A program made the translations under genes and the position numbers. The notes under the pieces were generated by a model, which did not search any database, was not told the DNA's origin, and was given only the letters and a program-made list of their open reading frames with translations. 64,000 bases of DNA, taken from the NCBI GenBank assembly GCA_031393975.1, contig JANMWK010000098.1:38935-102934 (forward strand), written 5' to 3'. This stretch comes from Hyphomicrobiales bacterium. GTDB lineage: Bacteria > Pseudomonadota > Alphaproteobacteria > Rhizobiales > Aestuariivirgaceae. Below, piece after piece: positions 41,017 to 52,247 of this stretch (the first letter of the stretch is position 1; each line of letters opens with the position of its first letter).

Positions 41017-41697
41017 TCAGCTGAGATAAATTTTGAAAAAACCCAACATGCGCTGCCAGCCCAGTTCTGATGCGGCACGATCATGCGCATCGCGTTGCTC
41101 ATTCATGAACGCGTGGCCCGCCTCATACATGAATGTTTCTGCATCTAACTTTGCAAGCTTCATTGCAGCCTCAAAAGCCGCAACTTCTCCAACAGTGGGA
41201 TAATCATCAGTGCTTGAATAATGCCCTTGGAACGGCGCTTTCAAATCGGCCGCTTGGAACGATCCAGCCGGAGGCATTCCATAGAACGCCACGGCAGCTT
41301 TCACTTCTGGAATACGAATCGCTCCAAGTGTCGTCACGGCACCACCCATGCAAAAGCCGGTCAGTCCCACTTTGCCACTGGCCTTACCCAAATACTGCAC
41401 AGCCCCCCGCACAACTTGGTCGGTCGCGTCCAGAAAATTAAGAGAACTCATTTCTTTGAAAGCTGCAGCCTTGTCATGATAAGGCACCACGGTTCCAGCA
41501 TAAAGATCAGGCGCAAGCGCATCATACCCTGCCAGCGCAAACCGATCACAAATCCCGCGAATCTGGTCCTGCAGCCCCCACCATTCTTGGATCACCACCA
41601 CGCCCGGCGCATGGTCGTGCCCCGCTTTGGATAAATAGCCCTCAGCCTTGTTTCCATCAACGCGGCTAAATGAAATCCGTGTCCCCATTGCTTCCAC
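41017..41697 (-). CDS. Dienelactone hydrolase family protein
   Basis: QEWWG, APDLY, GFCMGG and AGHAF. Confidence 0.92.
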   Translation of the reverse strand: MEAMGTRISFSRVDGNKAEGYLSKAGHDHAPGVVVIQEWWGLQDQIRGICDRFALAGYDALAPDLYAGTVVPYHDKAAAFKEMSSLNFLDATDQVVRGAVQYLGKASGKVGLTGFCMGGAVTTLGAIRIPEVKAAVAFYGMPPAGSFQAADLKAPFQGHYSSTDDYPTVGEVAAFEAAMKLAKLDAETFMYEAGHAFMNEQRDAHDRAASELGWQRMLGFFKIYLS

Positions 41698-41738
41698 CTA
41701 AAAATCCGACTGTCGCGCGAGACTAGTGACAAAGCAAT

Positions 41739-41773
41739 AAAAAACGCACCTTCTACAAATGTAGAAAGTGCGT
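41739..41773 (-). terminator. Intrinsic terminator of the outer-membrane protein gene
   Basis: Minus strand ACGCACTTTCTACA-TT-TGTAGAAGGTGCGT followed by a T-run. Confidence 0.75.
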
Positions 41774-41791
41774 CACATTTTCACAGAAAAA

Positions 41792-42352
41792 TTAGAACTT
41801 AAATCTCAAGCCCGCAGTCACTTGGTGCTCCATGGTATCTGGCCCAGAAATTCCAATGTCGCGGAACCTGTAACCCACATCCAGAGCAAGATTAGACATC
41901 ATGTCAACACTCACACCGGCAGCAAGTCCAAGCGCCAGTCCCTTGTCGTCTTTGAAACCGGGGCCTTTGACCCAACCATAGCCAATGCCGCCACCAACGT
42001 ATGGTGTGAATGCTGTATCATTCTTCCAGTCTAAATAGACATTACCCATCACAGCAGTAGTATCAATCTTGGCCCCTGGTGCAATGCTATACTGGCCTGT
42101 GTGATCAACAGTCATATCCATACGCAAGAAATCATTAAATTGGTAACCAACGCCGCCGCCTGCAACCCAAGCCGTGTCGTTATTGCCGCCACTCCATGTC
42201 AGAAATGACGCGCCCAAATCACCGCGCAAATAAAAACCAGACATAGTCGAAAGTTCCGAAGGCACCACCGGATTATTATCGGCCGCCTGAGCTGCAAATG
42301 ACATTGGCAGCGCAACAACTCCCGCCAACACAACTGATCTTAAAATATTCAT
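41792..42352 (-). CDS. Outer membrane beta-barrel protein (RopB/opacity-like)
   Basis: Signal peptide, GFYLRGD, FTPYVGGGIG and terminal Phe. Confidence 0.88.
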   Translation of the reverse strand: MNILRSVVLAGVVALPMSFAAQAADNNPVVPSELSTMSGFYLRGDLGASFLTWSGGNNDTAWVAGGGVGYQFNDFLRMDMTVDHTGQYSIAPGAKIDTTAVMGNVYLDWKNDTAFTPYVGGGIGYGWVKGPGFKDDKGLALGLAAGVSVDMMSNLALDVGYRFRDIGISGPDTMEHQVTAGLRFKF

Positions 42353-42528
42353 GAACTCACCTCGTTACACAAACCATCCCGTTTGATGATCATAATATGA
42401 TCAGGCGATGTGGTGCGAAACAGGCGAGAAAATGGCGAAAAAGTGACGGTTTGAAACTGTTGCAAGAGTACAACAAGTTTTGTGTCGAAATGAAACAGCG
42501 CATTGAACACGCGCTGACCATAAGCGTG

Positions 42529-43878
42529 CTAAGCTGCCGATTTAGAAATTACACTGCAAAGGTCATCGACAATTTTGTGCACCAAGCCTTCGTCTTGGCC
42601 TTCGGCCATCACCCGGATCAAAGGCTCAGTGCCCGAAGGGCGAATGACCAACCGTCCCGAGTTTCCTAACATCACTTCAGCATCTTTGATTGATGAAATA
42701 ACCTGCGTATTTTCAAGTGGCTTGCTCTTGCCGGTAAATTTCACATTCTTCAGCACTTGCGGGAATGGTGTGAACATCTTGCAAACTTCGCTGACAGGTT
42801 TGCCCTGACGTACCACTTCAGCCAGTACTTGCAACGCTGCCAACAGTCCATCGCCAGTCGTCGCAAAATCAGACATCACGATATGACCCGATTGCTCACC
42901 GCCCACGTTAAATCCATGCTCGCGCATGTGTTCAACCACGTAGCGATCACCCACTTTGGTGCGGGCCAAAGTTAGTTTTTGCGATTCCATAAAGCGCTCA
43001 AGTCCAAGGTTAGACATGATCGTCGCCACCAAGCCGCCACCTTTTAACTGCCCGCGCTTGGCCCATGACGTGGCGATCAACGCCATAATCTGGTCGCCAT
43101 CAATCACATTTCCATTCTCATCGCAAATGATCACACGGTCTGCATCACCATCCAAAGCAATACCAATATCGGCGCGGGTTTCACGCACTTTCTTGCACAT
43201 TGTCTCAGGATAAGTAGAACCACATTTATCATTGATGTTGATGCCGTTGGGATTGGTACCAATTTCAATAATCTCAGCGCCCAACTCCCACAGCACTGGC
43301 GGAGCGGTGCGATAAGAAGCGCCATTGGCGGTATCAATCACAATGCGCAATCCATCCAAGCCTGACTCGCCCACATAGGTGCGCTTGGCAAATTCCGTAT
43401 ATCGTGCACCGGCGTCTTCAATCCGTTTGGCGCGGCCAATGTGATCAGAGCCAGCAAGTGTAATCTTGCTGGGGTTATCAACCAACGATTCAATTTCTAA
43501 TTCCTTCTCATCTGATAATTTATAACCATCAGGACCAAAGAACTTAATGCCATTGTCAAAATAAGGATTATGCGACGCCGAAATCATCACACCTAAATCA
43601 GCGCGCATCGAACGCGTGAGCATGGCCACTGCGGGCGTGGGTGCTGGACCAAACAAGAAGACATCCATGCCAGCAGAAAGAAGCCCTGCCGTTAACGCTT
43701 GCTCAATCATATATCCAGAAAGACGTGTATCCTTACCAATGACCACGCGGTGACGGTGCCCGCCTCGGCGGTGCAATTGACCAGCCGCCATCCCAATTTT
43801 CATGACAATATCAGGGGCCATTGCGCCTGTATTGGCGCGGCCGCGAACCCCATCAGTTCCAAAATACTTACGTGACAT
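42529..43878 (-). CDS. glmM: Phosphoglucosamine mutase
   Basis: FGTDG, SASHNP, DGDADR and GEQSGH. Confidence 0.97.
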   Translation of the reverse strand: MSRKYFGTDGVRGRANTGAMAPDIVMKIGMAAGQLHRRGGHRHRVVIGKDTRLSGYMIEQALTAGLLSAGMDVFLFGPAPTPAVAMLTRSMRADLGVMISASHNPYFDNGIKFFGPDGYKLSDEKELEIESLVDNPSKITLAGSDHIGRAKRIEDAGARYTEFAKRTYVGESGLDGLRIVIDTANGASYRTAPPVLWELGAEIIEIGTNPNGININDKCGSTYPETMCKKVRETRADIGIALDGDADRVIICDENGNVIDGDQIMALIATSWAKRGQLKGGGLVATIMSNLGLERFMESQKLTLARTKVGDRYVVEHMREHGFNVGGEQSGHIVMSDFATTGDGLLAALQVLAEVVRQGKPVSEVCKMFTPFPQVLKNVKFTGKSKPLENTQVISSIKDAEVMLGNSGRLVIRPSGTEPLIRVMAEGQDEGLVHKIVDDLCSVISKSAA

Positions 43879-43924
43879 CTCAGCGCCTTCCCCTAAATCC
43901 CTTGGTCGAGGATAACATTAAACT

Positions 43925-44974
43925 TTAAAGACTGACTAAATCGGGCGCTAAAGCAGCATTAAAAACTGTCAATGCCTCGACCGTTTCCTTAACATCATGA
44001 ACACGGAGTATATGAGTTCCCATCATGGCTACCTGCAAAGCACCGCCCACTGATCCAGAAACCCGTTTGGCCGCCGTCTTTTCACCCGTCAGCACACCCA
44101 CCATGTTCTTGCGTGAGAGGCCAACCAAAAGCGTCACACCTAAACTGTGGAATATTGTGAGCTGGCGCAATAGTTCAAGGTTGTGGTGAATTGTTTTTCC
44201 GAAGCCAATGCCGGGGTCCACTGCTATGCATGATTTCGGAATGCCTGCAGCAATGGCCGCTTCGACCCGCTCCGCCAGCCAATCATAAACATCCAAAGCC
44301 ACATCCTGATATTTTGGTGCCAGCTGCATGGTGCGGGGCTCGCCCTGCGCGTGCATGAGCACGACTGGCAATCCCGTTTCAACAATTGCCGATGCACTTG
44401 CAGGATCAAAATTCAAAGCTGAGACATCATTAATAACTTTGGCACCGGCCGCGGCAGCTTCGCGCATCAATGAACTTTTACGCGTATCTACCGAAATCAC
44501 TTGGTCTTTAGCCAGAGCCGCGATCACAGGCATGATCCGGGCGCGTTCTTCATCGAGCGAAACTTCGTTGGAACCGGGTCGTGTGGACTCGCCGCCCACA
44601 TCTAGAATGTCGGCCCCCTGCTCGGCAAGTATTAAGCCATGGGTAATTGCCGAGGAGGATTCAACGTGTTGTCCACCATCAGAAAAACTATCTGGCGTCA
44701 CATTGACAATGCCCATGATCTTAGTGTGATCGAGAGTGAAACCTGCAAAACCACCGCGGGGCTTTGCAATTTCATCCGTCAACTGATGATTTTTGACTTC
44801 TGCAAAAGAGTGAATGCTGCGCGAAATATTTTTTCCCTCACGGATAATTTTTTCGGCGTGAGTGAACGCTATATGAGGCATTCCACCCAGAGCACCGGCA
44901 GTGCCACTGGCTATCATCCCTTTTGCATCAGAACCAAAGACGAGGGACAGGGGACGGAGATATGTTTGGGACAT
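43925..44974 (-). CDS. folP: Dihydropteroate synthase
   Basis: NVTPDSFSDGG, GESTRPG, DPGIGFGK, SRK and RVHDV. Confidence 0.96.
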   Translation of the reverse strand: MSQTYLRPLSLVFGSDAKGMIASGTAGALGGMPHIAFTHAEKIIREGKNISRSIHSFAEVKNHQLTDEIAKPRGGFAGFTLDHTKIMGIVNVTPDSFSDGGQHVESSSAITHGLILAEQGADILDVGGESTRPGSNEVSLDEERARIMPVIAALAKDQVISVDTRKSSLMREAAAAGAKVINDVSALNFDPASASAIVETGLPVVLMHAQGEPRTMQLAPKYQDVALDVYDWLAERVEAAIAAGIPKSCIAVDPGIGFGKTIHHNLELLRQLTIFHSLGVTLLVGLSRKNMVGVLTGEKTAAKRVSGSVGGALQVAMMGTHILRVHDVKETVEALTVFNAALAPDLVSL

Positions 44975-44994
44975 TTTTATAAATCTCAAAAGAG

Positions 44995-45112
44995 CCGTCA
45001 TCCGCCCTTCGGGCACCTTCTCGCATCGTAAGAAGAAGGGGAGAAGGGTAAACTATCGCCCTTCGCCCGTGCGTCATCGCAGGGGAGAAGGTGCCCGAAG
45101 AGCGGATGAGGG
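44995..45112. repeat. Alphaproteobacterial palindromic intergenic element (RIME/CIR-like)
   Basis: Terminal inverted arms TCATCCGCCCTTCGGGCACCTTCTC...GAGAAGGTGCCCGAAGAGCGGATGA enclosing two internal hairpins. Confidence 0.75.
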
Positions 45113-45120
45113 CCGCTCTT

Positions 45121-47046
45121 TTACCCTTGTGTTTGTGGTTCCAAACCACCGGAGCGTTTGCCACTGCGCGGCACTGCTGGTGTGTTATCAACCGTCGTCC
45201 GGCTCTTGGGCTTATCGTCACGGATCAATTTCTTACCTGACAAAATCAACTTCACATCCTCACCAGACAAAGTTTCAAATTCCAACAAAGCCGCCGCCAC
45301 ATCATGCAGACCTTTGCGTTGCTTGGCCAAAATTTTCTTGGCTTTCGCTTCACCAGCTTGAATGAGCGAACGAGTTTCTTCGTCGATCAATTTTGCAGTT
45401 TCTTCGGAAAGATTTTTGCTCTGGGTCACACTGTGACCCAAGAATACTTCTTGCTCATTTGCTCCATAACGAACGCGGCCCAAACGATCTGACATGCCCC
45501 ATTCCATCACCATGGCTCGAGCTAATCCAGTCGCCATTTGAATGTCGCCAACAGCACCGTTGGTCACATTCTTTTCGCCACCCAAAATAAGCTCGGCTTC
45601 ACGACCACCGAACAACACAGCAAGGCGTGATTCACAAAACTCCTTGGAATAAGAATGGCGATCACCATCGGGCAAATTCATTGTCACCCCCAAAGCCCGA
45701 CCACGCGGTATAATTGTCACTTTATGCAATGGGTCATAGGGCACAACCAAACCAACCACGGCGTGACCAGCTTCATGGTAAGCGGTGTTCTTCAACTCAG
45801 CAGGGCTCATCACCAGCGAGCGGCGCTCCGCACCCATCATCACTTTATCTTTAGCATCTTCAAATTCAGATTGTGTGACCATGCGCTTGTTACGACGTGC
45901 AGCAAGAAGAGCGGCTTCATTCACAAGATTGGCCAAATCAGCACCGGAAAATCCGGGTGTACCGCGTGCCAAAACCTTGGCGTCGATATCTGGAGCCAAT
46001 GGCACATTCTTCATATGCACGAGCAAAATTTGCTCACGGCCTTTCACGTCAGGATTTCCAACCGTAATCTGACGATCAAACCGACCGGGACGCAGCAAAG
46101 CAGGATCAAGCACATCAGGGCGGTTGGTAGCCGCAACAATGATCACACCTTCATTGGCTTCAAAGCCATCCATTTCCACCAACAACTGGTTGAGCGTTTG
46201 TTCACGCTCATCATTGCCACCGCCAAGGCCTGCACCACGGTGACGACCGACAGCATCAATTTCGTCGATGAAGATAATGCAAGGCGCATTCTTCTTGGCC
46301 TGTTCAAACATGTCGCGCACACGACTTGCGCCAACGCCGACGAACATTTCTACAAAGTCGGAACCCGAGATAGTAAAAAATGGCACTCCTGCTTCGCCAG
46401 CAATGGCGCGGGCGAGCAAAGTTTTACCTGTGCCGGGAGGACCAACAAGCAATGCACCACGCGGAATTTTGCCGCCCAAGCGTTGGAATTTTTGTGGATC
46501 CTTCAGGAACTCAACAATTTCCTGCAAATCATCCTTCGCTTCATCAACGCCAGCGACATCGTCGAAGGTCACTCGGCCATGCTTTTCGGTGAGAAGTTTC
46601 GCCTTCGATTTGCCAAAGCCCATGGCTTTGCCAGAGCCCGATTGCATCTGGCGCATAAAGAAGAACCAGACACCACCCAGCAAAATCATCGGCAACCAAG
46701 AAATCAGGAAACTGCTCCAAAGGCCTTCACCTTGTGGCGCACGGAAGGTCAAATCAACCTTTTGGTCACGCAACAATTTCAAGTCGGTATCACCCAAGCC
46801 AAACACAGGGCCTGTGGTAGCAATAGTCTTACCATCGGTCTGGGTCGCAGTAATTGACCCGCTACTCGAATATATGACGTTTTTAACACCGCCTGAGGAA
46901 ACCTTGTTCAGGAACTCAGAATAGCTCACCTCGGATGAACCACCGCGCAAAGCTTGGCTTTGGAACAAACTGAACAGGGCAATCAATAAAAGCCCAATAA
47001 CAATCCAAACAGCAAAATTACGAAAATTGTTCACGTCTACCCTCAT
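45121..47046 (-). CDS. ftsH: ATP-dependent zinc metalloprotease FtsH
   Basis: Two TM helices, GPPGTGKT and HEAGH. Confidence 0.98.
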   Translation of the reverse strand: MRVDVNNFRNFAVWIVIGLLLIALFSLFQSQALRGGSSEVSYSEFLNKVSSGGVKNVIYSSSGSITATQTDGKTIATTGPVFGLGDTDLKLLRDQKVDLTFRAPQGEGLWSSFLISWLPMILLGGVWFFFMRQMQSGSGKAMGFGKSKAKLLTEKHGRVTFDDVAGVDEAKDDLQEIVEFLKDPQKFQRLGGKIPRGALLVGPPGTGKTLLARAIAGEAGVPFFTISGSDFVEMFVGVGASRVRDMFEQAKKNAPCIIFIDEIDAVGRHRGAGLGGGNDEREQTLNQLLVEMDGFEANEGVIIVAATNRPDVLDPALLRPGRFDRQITVGNPDVKGREQILLVHMKNVPLAPDIDAKVLARGTPGFSGADLANLVNEAALLAARRNKRMVTQSEFEDAKDKVMMGAERRSLVMSPAELKNTAYHEAGHAVVGLVVPYDPLHKVTIIPRGRALGVTMNLPDGDRHSYSKEFCESRLAVLFGGREAELILGGEKNVTNGAVGDIQMATGLARAMVMEWGMSDRLGRVRYGANEQEVFLGHSVTQSKNLSEETAKLIDEETRSLIQAGEAKAKKILAKQRKGLHDVAAALLEFETLSGEDVKLILSGKKLIRDDKPKSRTTVDNTPAVPRSGKRSGGLEPQTQG

Positions 47047-47140
47047 TTCACCAACGGGTCCAAAATCAAGGCCGACGGCATTTATTTAGTTACAACCTAC
47101 ATAAGCCTTGCATCATACAATTCCAAGACTGACACAATGA

Positions 47141-48316
47141 TTAATGGCGTAAAAATTCATATTTCACCCCTTGGTTCAGAATGAGCCCATTCAACATAAC
47201 AGTCGGCAAACCCGCCTGAATAAAGGCCGGAATGTCTTTTTGCCGTGGTTTTTGGGGTCGTGGCGTTACAATAGCACCAATCGGACCAGTAACGCGAAAC
47301 CGCCCATCCCAGATCACTTCACCAGACGTTGGAATTGAGACTGCATTTTGCGACAGGCGCCCCGGTTCCCGGCCAACAATAATTTCCAAGCGCCGTTTGG
47401 CAAAAACCGCACCTCCCAGCGAACGGCGAGTGCCAGCCTCTTGATTGAGCCACTCTAAGAGTTTTAACCTCCCAGCAAGCTCAACCGAATTCCGCATCCC
47501 ACAAATATTGAGAATACGCTGGACTACGTGGCCTTGAACACCATTGTTCAACGGTTCAAAATCTACACGGCGAAACTGAGTAAAGCCAAGTTCATGAATG
47601 TGCAAATGATGGGTGCACCATGTTTCGGCAAGTCTTTGATCATGGCGAATTTCAGCTTGAGCCGATTGTGCGTGATCCGCAAAACCACCTAAAGCACCCT
47701 TTAACGTCTGCCGTACCCGAACCCGTTCAAACCGAACATCGTTATTGCTCGGATCATCAATCCAGTTTTGGTGGTGCAATCTTAAATAGGAACGCAAATC
47801 TTCACGGCGCAAATTGAGCAACGGCCTGACAACGCGAATTTCATTCCAATCTCGTTCCGGCCAAATGCCAGCGAGGCTCGCAGCAGTTGAAGTGCGCGAA
47901 CTCCGCATCTTCACCGTTTCGGCTTGATCATCGGCTGTGTGTCCTGTCATCAGAACCGGGACGTTATGGACATCACACCAAGCCGTCATAAGATCATATC
48001 GTGCTTTGCGGGCTTTGGCTTGAATGCCCGATTGGGGATGGTCATGGTTCCACTTCAAAATCTCATGAGGCACTCCCAGAGCCGCACACCAAACGCCCAC
48101 CTGCATGGCCTCGTTTACTGATGCATCACGCAAACTATGATCAACAGTAAGAGCAAAGATGTGGGGAGGATTTGAAAGTACCTTTAGCCCATCCAACACC
48201 AACCGTAACAGGGCCATGGAATCAGAACCACCGGACACAGCAAGAGCGACGCGCGATGCGCCGTTCAATATTGCAAAAATACCTAGAGAGCTGAAGTCAG
48301 GCTCAGCACGAAGCAC
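47141..48316 (-). CDS. tilS: tRNA(Ile)-lysidine synthetase
   Basis: SGGSDS PP-loop, HTADDQAET and DDPSN; start uncertain (ORF extends to 48358). Confidence 0.93.
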   Translation of the reverse strand: MLRAEPDFSSLGIFAILNGASRVALAVSGGSDSMALLRLVLDGLKVLSNPPHIFALTVDHSLRDASVNEAMQVGVWCAALGVPHEILKWNHDHPQSGIQAKARKARYDLMTAWCDVHNVPVLMTGHTADDQAETVKMRSSRTSTAASLAGIWPERDWNEIRVVRPLLNLRREDLRSYLRLHHQNWIDDPSNNDVRFERVRVRQTLKGALGGFADHAQSAQAEIRHDQRLAETWCTHHLHIHELGFTQFRRVDFEPLNNGVQGHVVQRILNICGMRNSVELAGRLKLLEWLNQEAGTRRSLGGAVFAKRRLEIIVGREPGRLSQNAVSIPTSGEVIWDGRFRVTGPIGAIVTPRPQKPRQKDIPAFIQAGLPTVMLNGLILNQGVKYEFLRH

Positions 48317-49202
48317 GCTTAAATTCCGCTTGGGCGCGCTTCTTTGCTTCAACAGCATTGGGGAATTCTGTGCTCACCGAGCTCAAAGCCGCACATCCCT
48401 GATCTTTTTGGCCCAGTTTATTCAATGAAAGTCCAAGCTTCATCAAGCTATCAGGAGCCCGACGGCTCTTTGGAAATTGCTTATATCCGGTCAAATAATT
48501 TTTGGCCGCATCGGTGTAGTTCTGTTGGGCATAGAAGGTTTCACCCAATTTGAATTGAGCGCTTCCTGCCAAATTATGATCAGGATATTTCGTCAAAAAT
48601 TCTTTGAAACCGGATTCTGCATTTGCATATTGCAACTGCAAGAGTGACTTTTCAGAACGCAGGAAAAGATCATCAGGCGTTTCAGGCTGCAATGAAACAG
48701 GCTCAACGCCATCAGCAGGTGCAGCAGCTTGATCGCCGCCCGGTGCAACCAACACCTGACCTTGGAAGCCACCGTCTTGAGGTTGCGCTGCTGTTGTATT
48801 GAGGTCACCTAACATCTTCAGTGCAGGTGCAGCACCCGCGACCTGTTCAGTTCCGCCATAGAGTGTGCCTTGCTGGGCAGGTTGGCTTGCATCCTGCTGC
48901 AAGGGGGTTTCGTCAATTGTTTCAATACCAGCAGTGGCTTGAACGGGCGCATCTAAAATCAATTTTTTCTTGAGTGGCAAGACAAGAGGCGCAACCGGAT
49001 CAGCAGCGGTCATTTTTTTAGGCTGTGCAGCAATCTGGTTTTGCAACTGCTTAACGGTGTTATTCAGCTCTTCAATCTGCCCCACCAATTGGTGAACTTG
49101 TTGTTCGAGGGAATCAACTCGGTTGCTAACGTCATCAGCAAAGGCCGGAACGCTCGACACACTCATGAGCAAGGCAACTACAAAAAGACTACGCTTCAAC
49201 AT
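48303..49202 (-). CDS. cpoB: Tol-Pal system protein CpoB/YbgF
   Basis: Signal peptide, coiled coil and C-terminal TPRs (APDSLMKLG); downstream of pal. Confidence 0.92.
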   Translation of the reverse strand: MLKRSLFVVALLMSVSSVPAFADDVSNRVDSLEQQVHQLVGQIEELNNTVKQLQNQIAAQPKKMTAADPVAPLVLPLKKKLILDAPVQATAGIETIDETPLQQDASQPAQQGTLYGGTEQVAGAAPALKMLGDLNTTAAQPQDGGFQGQVLVAPGGDQAAAPADGVEPVSLQPETPDDLFLRSEKSLLQLQYANAESGFKEFLTKYPDHNLAGSAQFKLGETFYAQQNYTDAAKNYLTGYKQFPKSRRAPDSLMKLGLSLNKLGQKDQGCAALSSVSTEFPNAVEAKKRAQAEFKRASC

Positions 49203-49294
49203 GGAATCTCATCCGAACAATTTTCATATGGTCTCTCTCCTGAAACCAAAACACGGACAAATTGAGGCTGGTCTATGTCCATAATAAAATCCAA

Positions 49295-49322
49295 ATGGCT
49301 GTTGCAGCAAAGCAACAGCCAT
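49295..49322. terminator. Hairpin downstream of pal
   Basis: ATGGCTGTTGC-AGCAAA-GCAACAGCCAT. Confidence 0.6.
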
Positions 49323-49328
49323 CTATAT

Positions 49329-49841
49329 TTACTTTGCACCACCGGTGATAACAGTCACTGCGCGGCGGTTTTGACTCCAGCATTGCTCGGCATCACACAA
49401 GGCAACTGGGCGCTCCTTGCCATAAGCAATTGAAGAAATACGGTTGCCCGGCACGCCATGGCTGATTAGGAAACCGCGAACCGTTGTGGCACGGCGGGCT
49501 GAAAGTGAGATGTTATATTCGCGGGTGCCACGTTCATCAGCGTGACCTTCAACCTGCACGGAAACACCTGCATATTGTTTCAACCAATCCGCTTGCTTGG
49601 CCAAAGTGTCCGCAGCTTCTGGCGTCAAAGACGTTTGATCATTCAAGAAAAACACACGGTCACCGACGTTTTTATCAAAATCACCCTTGGAACCTGGAGC
49701 TTGGCTGCTCACATCAACACCGTTGCCAACGCCATTTACGCCAGCGTCCAAATCGGGTTGATTTTTCTTGGAGCAAGCTGCCAAGGCCAAAAAGCAACAG
49801 CAGATTGCTGCCATTTTGAAACCAGCTACGCGCGTCATCAT
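49329..49841 (-). CDS. pal: Peptidoglycan-associated lipoprotein
   Basis: Lipobox LAAC, EGHADERGTREYN and NRR. Confidence 0.96.
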   Translation of the reverse strand: MMTRVAGFKMAAICCCFLALAACSKKNQPDLDAGVNGVGNGVDVSSQAPGSKGDFDKNVGDRVFFLNDQTSLTPEAADTLAKQADWLKQYAGVSVQVEGHADERGTREYNISLSARRATTVRGFLISHGVPGNRISSIAYGKERPVALCDAEQCWSQNRRAVTVITGGAK

Positions 49842-49982
49842 AATAAACTACTCCTCAAAGTCCGCCCAATCAGGCTAGAAACAAAACATCCAAATTCAAT
49901 AGTGCCGCAATAACGGGAACAGCGAGGCGAATTTGTGGCCAATTTTATATAAATTGTCATTATTCTAACCTATTGCCGCGTC

Positions 49983-51299
49983 TTAGTTAAGAAGTGGTGA
50001 CCAAGCCGGGTCAGAAGAAAACTCCGGCGTAGGCACTTCTTGTTCATTGTAACCTGAAATATCCACAGAGTAGAGCTGTGGACCGCCAGTTTCGCCCGGT
50101 GTGTCACGGAAGAACATCACCACGCGAGAGTTGGGCGACCAAGTTGGCCCTTCATTATGGAAACCTTCGGTGAGAATGCGCTCGCCGGAGCCATCAGGAT
50201 TCATCACACCAATGGCGAATTTAGAATCGCCTTGCTTGGTAAAAGCAATCCACTTGCCATCTGGCGACCATACGGGCGTAGAATAGCGTCCCTTGCCAAA
50301 GCTAATGCGGTTTTGATTGGAGCCATCTACTCCCATTACATAAACCTGCTGTGTGCCACCGCGATCAGACTCAAACGTAATGCGCGAACCATCCGGCGAA
50401 TAACTCGGCGCAGTGTTAATGGCATCCACCTTGGTAATCTGCCGCATTTTCTTTGAACGCAGATCCATTTCGAAAATATTGGAGTTGCGCCCATCGTCGC
50501 TTTGCAAGCTCATCAAAACTTTTTGTCCATCTGGAGAAAAGCGCGGTGCAAAACTCATGTTGGGAAAGTCCCCAACAATTTCCTTTTGACCGGTGTCAAT
50601 ATTATAAAGATAAACGCGCGAAGCCTCAGTGCCAATGGCAGCATAGGTAATCTCTTGGCTGTTTGGCGAAAAGCGCGGAGTCATCAATATCTCGTTGCCC
50701 TTGGTCAATGTCCGCGCACCAAATCCATCTTGATCCATAATGCCTAGGCGTTTGATACGTTTATCTTTAGGGCCTGATTCATCGACAAAAACCACGCGAG
50801 TATCAAAATAACCCGGATAACCCGTAATCGACTTATAAATAAGATCGGCAATCTTGTGCGCAATGCGCCGCGCCACTTTGGGTGTGGCTGTAAAGCTGGT
50901 GCCTGATATCAATTGTCCGGTGTTCACTTCATAAAGTTTGAATGCCACCGACATTTTACCGCCCACCATCAAAACCTGGCCCGTCACCAAATCCTTGGCC
51001 TGCACTTGCTTCCAACTGGAAAATTGCGGAACGGCATCAAAACTTCCAATCTGTTCGATGAAAGATTCTGGCGGCAGCGGTTTAAAATAACCTGAATGCG
51101 CGAGGTCATTGGCAATCACACCCGCAATCGTGGCAGCCGTGTCGCCTGCACCATCACCTGAAATGAAAGGAGCAATAGCTATGGGCAATGGATCAATCTG
51201 CCCACCGGAGACTGTACCATTCACCGCATAAGCCGAAGGCGCCGCAAAGCCAACCAACACCAAAATTGCAAAAACCAATGTGCGCATTTTAAGTTCCAT
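49983..51299 (-). CDS. tolB: Tol-Pal beta-propeller protein TolB
   Basis: PD40 repeats (PRFSPD, PSYSPD, PVWSPD). Confidence 0.96.
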   Translation of the reverse strand: MELKMRTLVFAILVLVGFAAPSAYAVNGTVSGGQIDPLPIAIAPFISGDGAGDTAATIAGVIANDLAHSGYFKPLPPESFIEQIGSFDAVPQFSSWKQVQAKDLVTGQVLMVGGKMSVAFKLYEVNTGQLISGTSFTATPKVARRIAHKIADLIYKSITGYPGYFDTRVVFVDESGPKDKRIKRLGIMDQDGFGARTLTKGNEILMTPRFSPNSQEITYAAIGTEASRVYLYNIDTGQKEIVGDFPNMSFAPRFSPDGQKVLMSLQSDDGRNSNIFEMDLRSKKMRQITKVDAINTAPSYSPDGSRITFESDRGGTQQVYVMGVDGSNQNRISFGKGRYSTPVWSPDGKWIAFTKQGDSKFAIGVMNPDGSGERILTEGFHNEGPTWSPNSRVVMFFRDTPGETGGPQLYSVDISGYNEQEVPTPEFSSDPAWSPLLN

Positions 51300-52247
51300 C
51301 TAAGTGCCAAACAGCAAGTTCGGATTAAAGTCTAATGTGTTATCTTTCCAGAGCTCATATTGATCTGGCGGCAACTCGTAATTCTGACATTCGAGAATTG
51401 CGGAAACAGCAGCCCGTGCCGTTGCATCAAAAATCGGGTCAGAATTGACGCTGGCCACCTCAGGCTGGCCATTGACAGATCCATCTTGATTCAACAAAAA
51501 ATGAATGCGCACGGAAATGTTAGCGTCCCGCGCGGCGGGTGGAACATTGAAACATCCCTTCACTTTGCTCGTCAACGCATTTATCAATGTCGCAGTTACC
51601 ACTTGATCATTGCCTTGTGCATCATTGGCAGCCAGTTTCGGAGAACCAGTCTCTTTGCTGGGCTTGGCAGGCGCGGTCTTTTCGCCCTTTTGCTTGTCCA
51701 AAAATGCTGAAATATCTTCAAGTTTCAAATCTGGCTTCTTCTTATCAGGCTTCTTTGCTTCCGCTGTTTTAGCAGGAGCTGGCTTTTCCACAGGCTTAAG
51801 ATCAGGCTTTTTCTCAGGTGGAGGCTCATCCACTTGTTTGAGTAAATTCTTCAACGGATTAGAATTAAGAGGGGTTGGCTCCACTGGCTTGGGCGGCTCA
51901 GGCTTGGGCTTTGGTGGCTCAGGTTTCGGCTTGGGAGGCTCTGGCTTTGCAGGCTCCGGTGGGGGGGCAGTCGGTTCATTGGCAGCTGTTTTAACTTCAT
52001 CAGCAACCTTTGGTGCTGGTGGCACATCTTTTACAATCTTTGTCTCTTTTGGCGCAGGCTTATCTGGCTTAGGTGTCGCATCTTTAGCCGTTGCCATTTT
52101 TTGCGTCTTGTCGGTAATCTGGCTAATATCCACCTGCACAACTTCAACAGGCTTCACTTCAAAAGGTTTTGGCGCCGGCAAAATCACCAGCGTGGCCAGC
52201 AATATTGCGGCGTGAAATCCAATTGATATAACAACCGGTTTGCGCAT
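51300..52247 (-). CDS. tolA: Cell envelope integrity protein TolA
   Basis: N-terminal TM with Ser/His, Pro/Lys-rich linker and TolA-like C-domain; between tolR and tolB. Confidence 0.85.
   Translation of the reverse strand: MRKPVVISIGFHAAILLATLVILPAPKPFEVKPVEVVQVDISQITDKTQKMATAKDATPKPDKPAPKETKIVKDVPPAPKVADEVKTAANEPTAPPPEPAKPEPPKPKPEPPKPKPEPPKPVEPTPLNSNPLKNLLKQVDEPPPEKKPDLKPVEKPAPAKTAEAKKPDKKKPDLKLEDISAFLDKQKGEKTAPAKPSKETGSPKLAANDAQGNDQVVTATLINALTSKVKGCFNVPPAARDANISVRIHFLLNQDGSVNGQPEVASVNSDPIFDATARAAVSAILECQNYELPPDQYELWKDNTLDFNPNLLFGT

Noticed and set aside
45655-46924. Long plus-strand ORFs (400 aa and 218 aa)
   Set aside because: Antisense shadows of ftsH with no recognisable motifs
51850-51980. 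Short tandem-like repeats in tolA
   Set aside because: They encode the ordinary Pro/Lys/Glu-rich TolA linker
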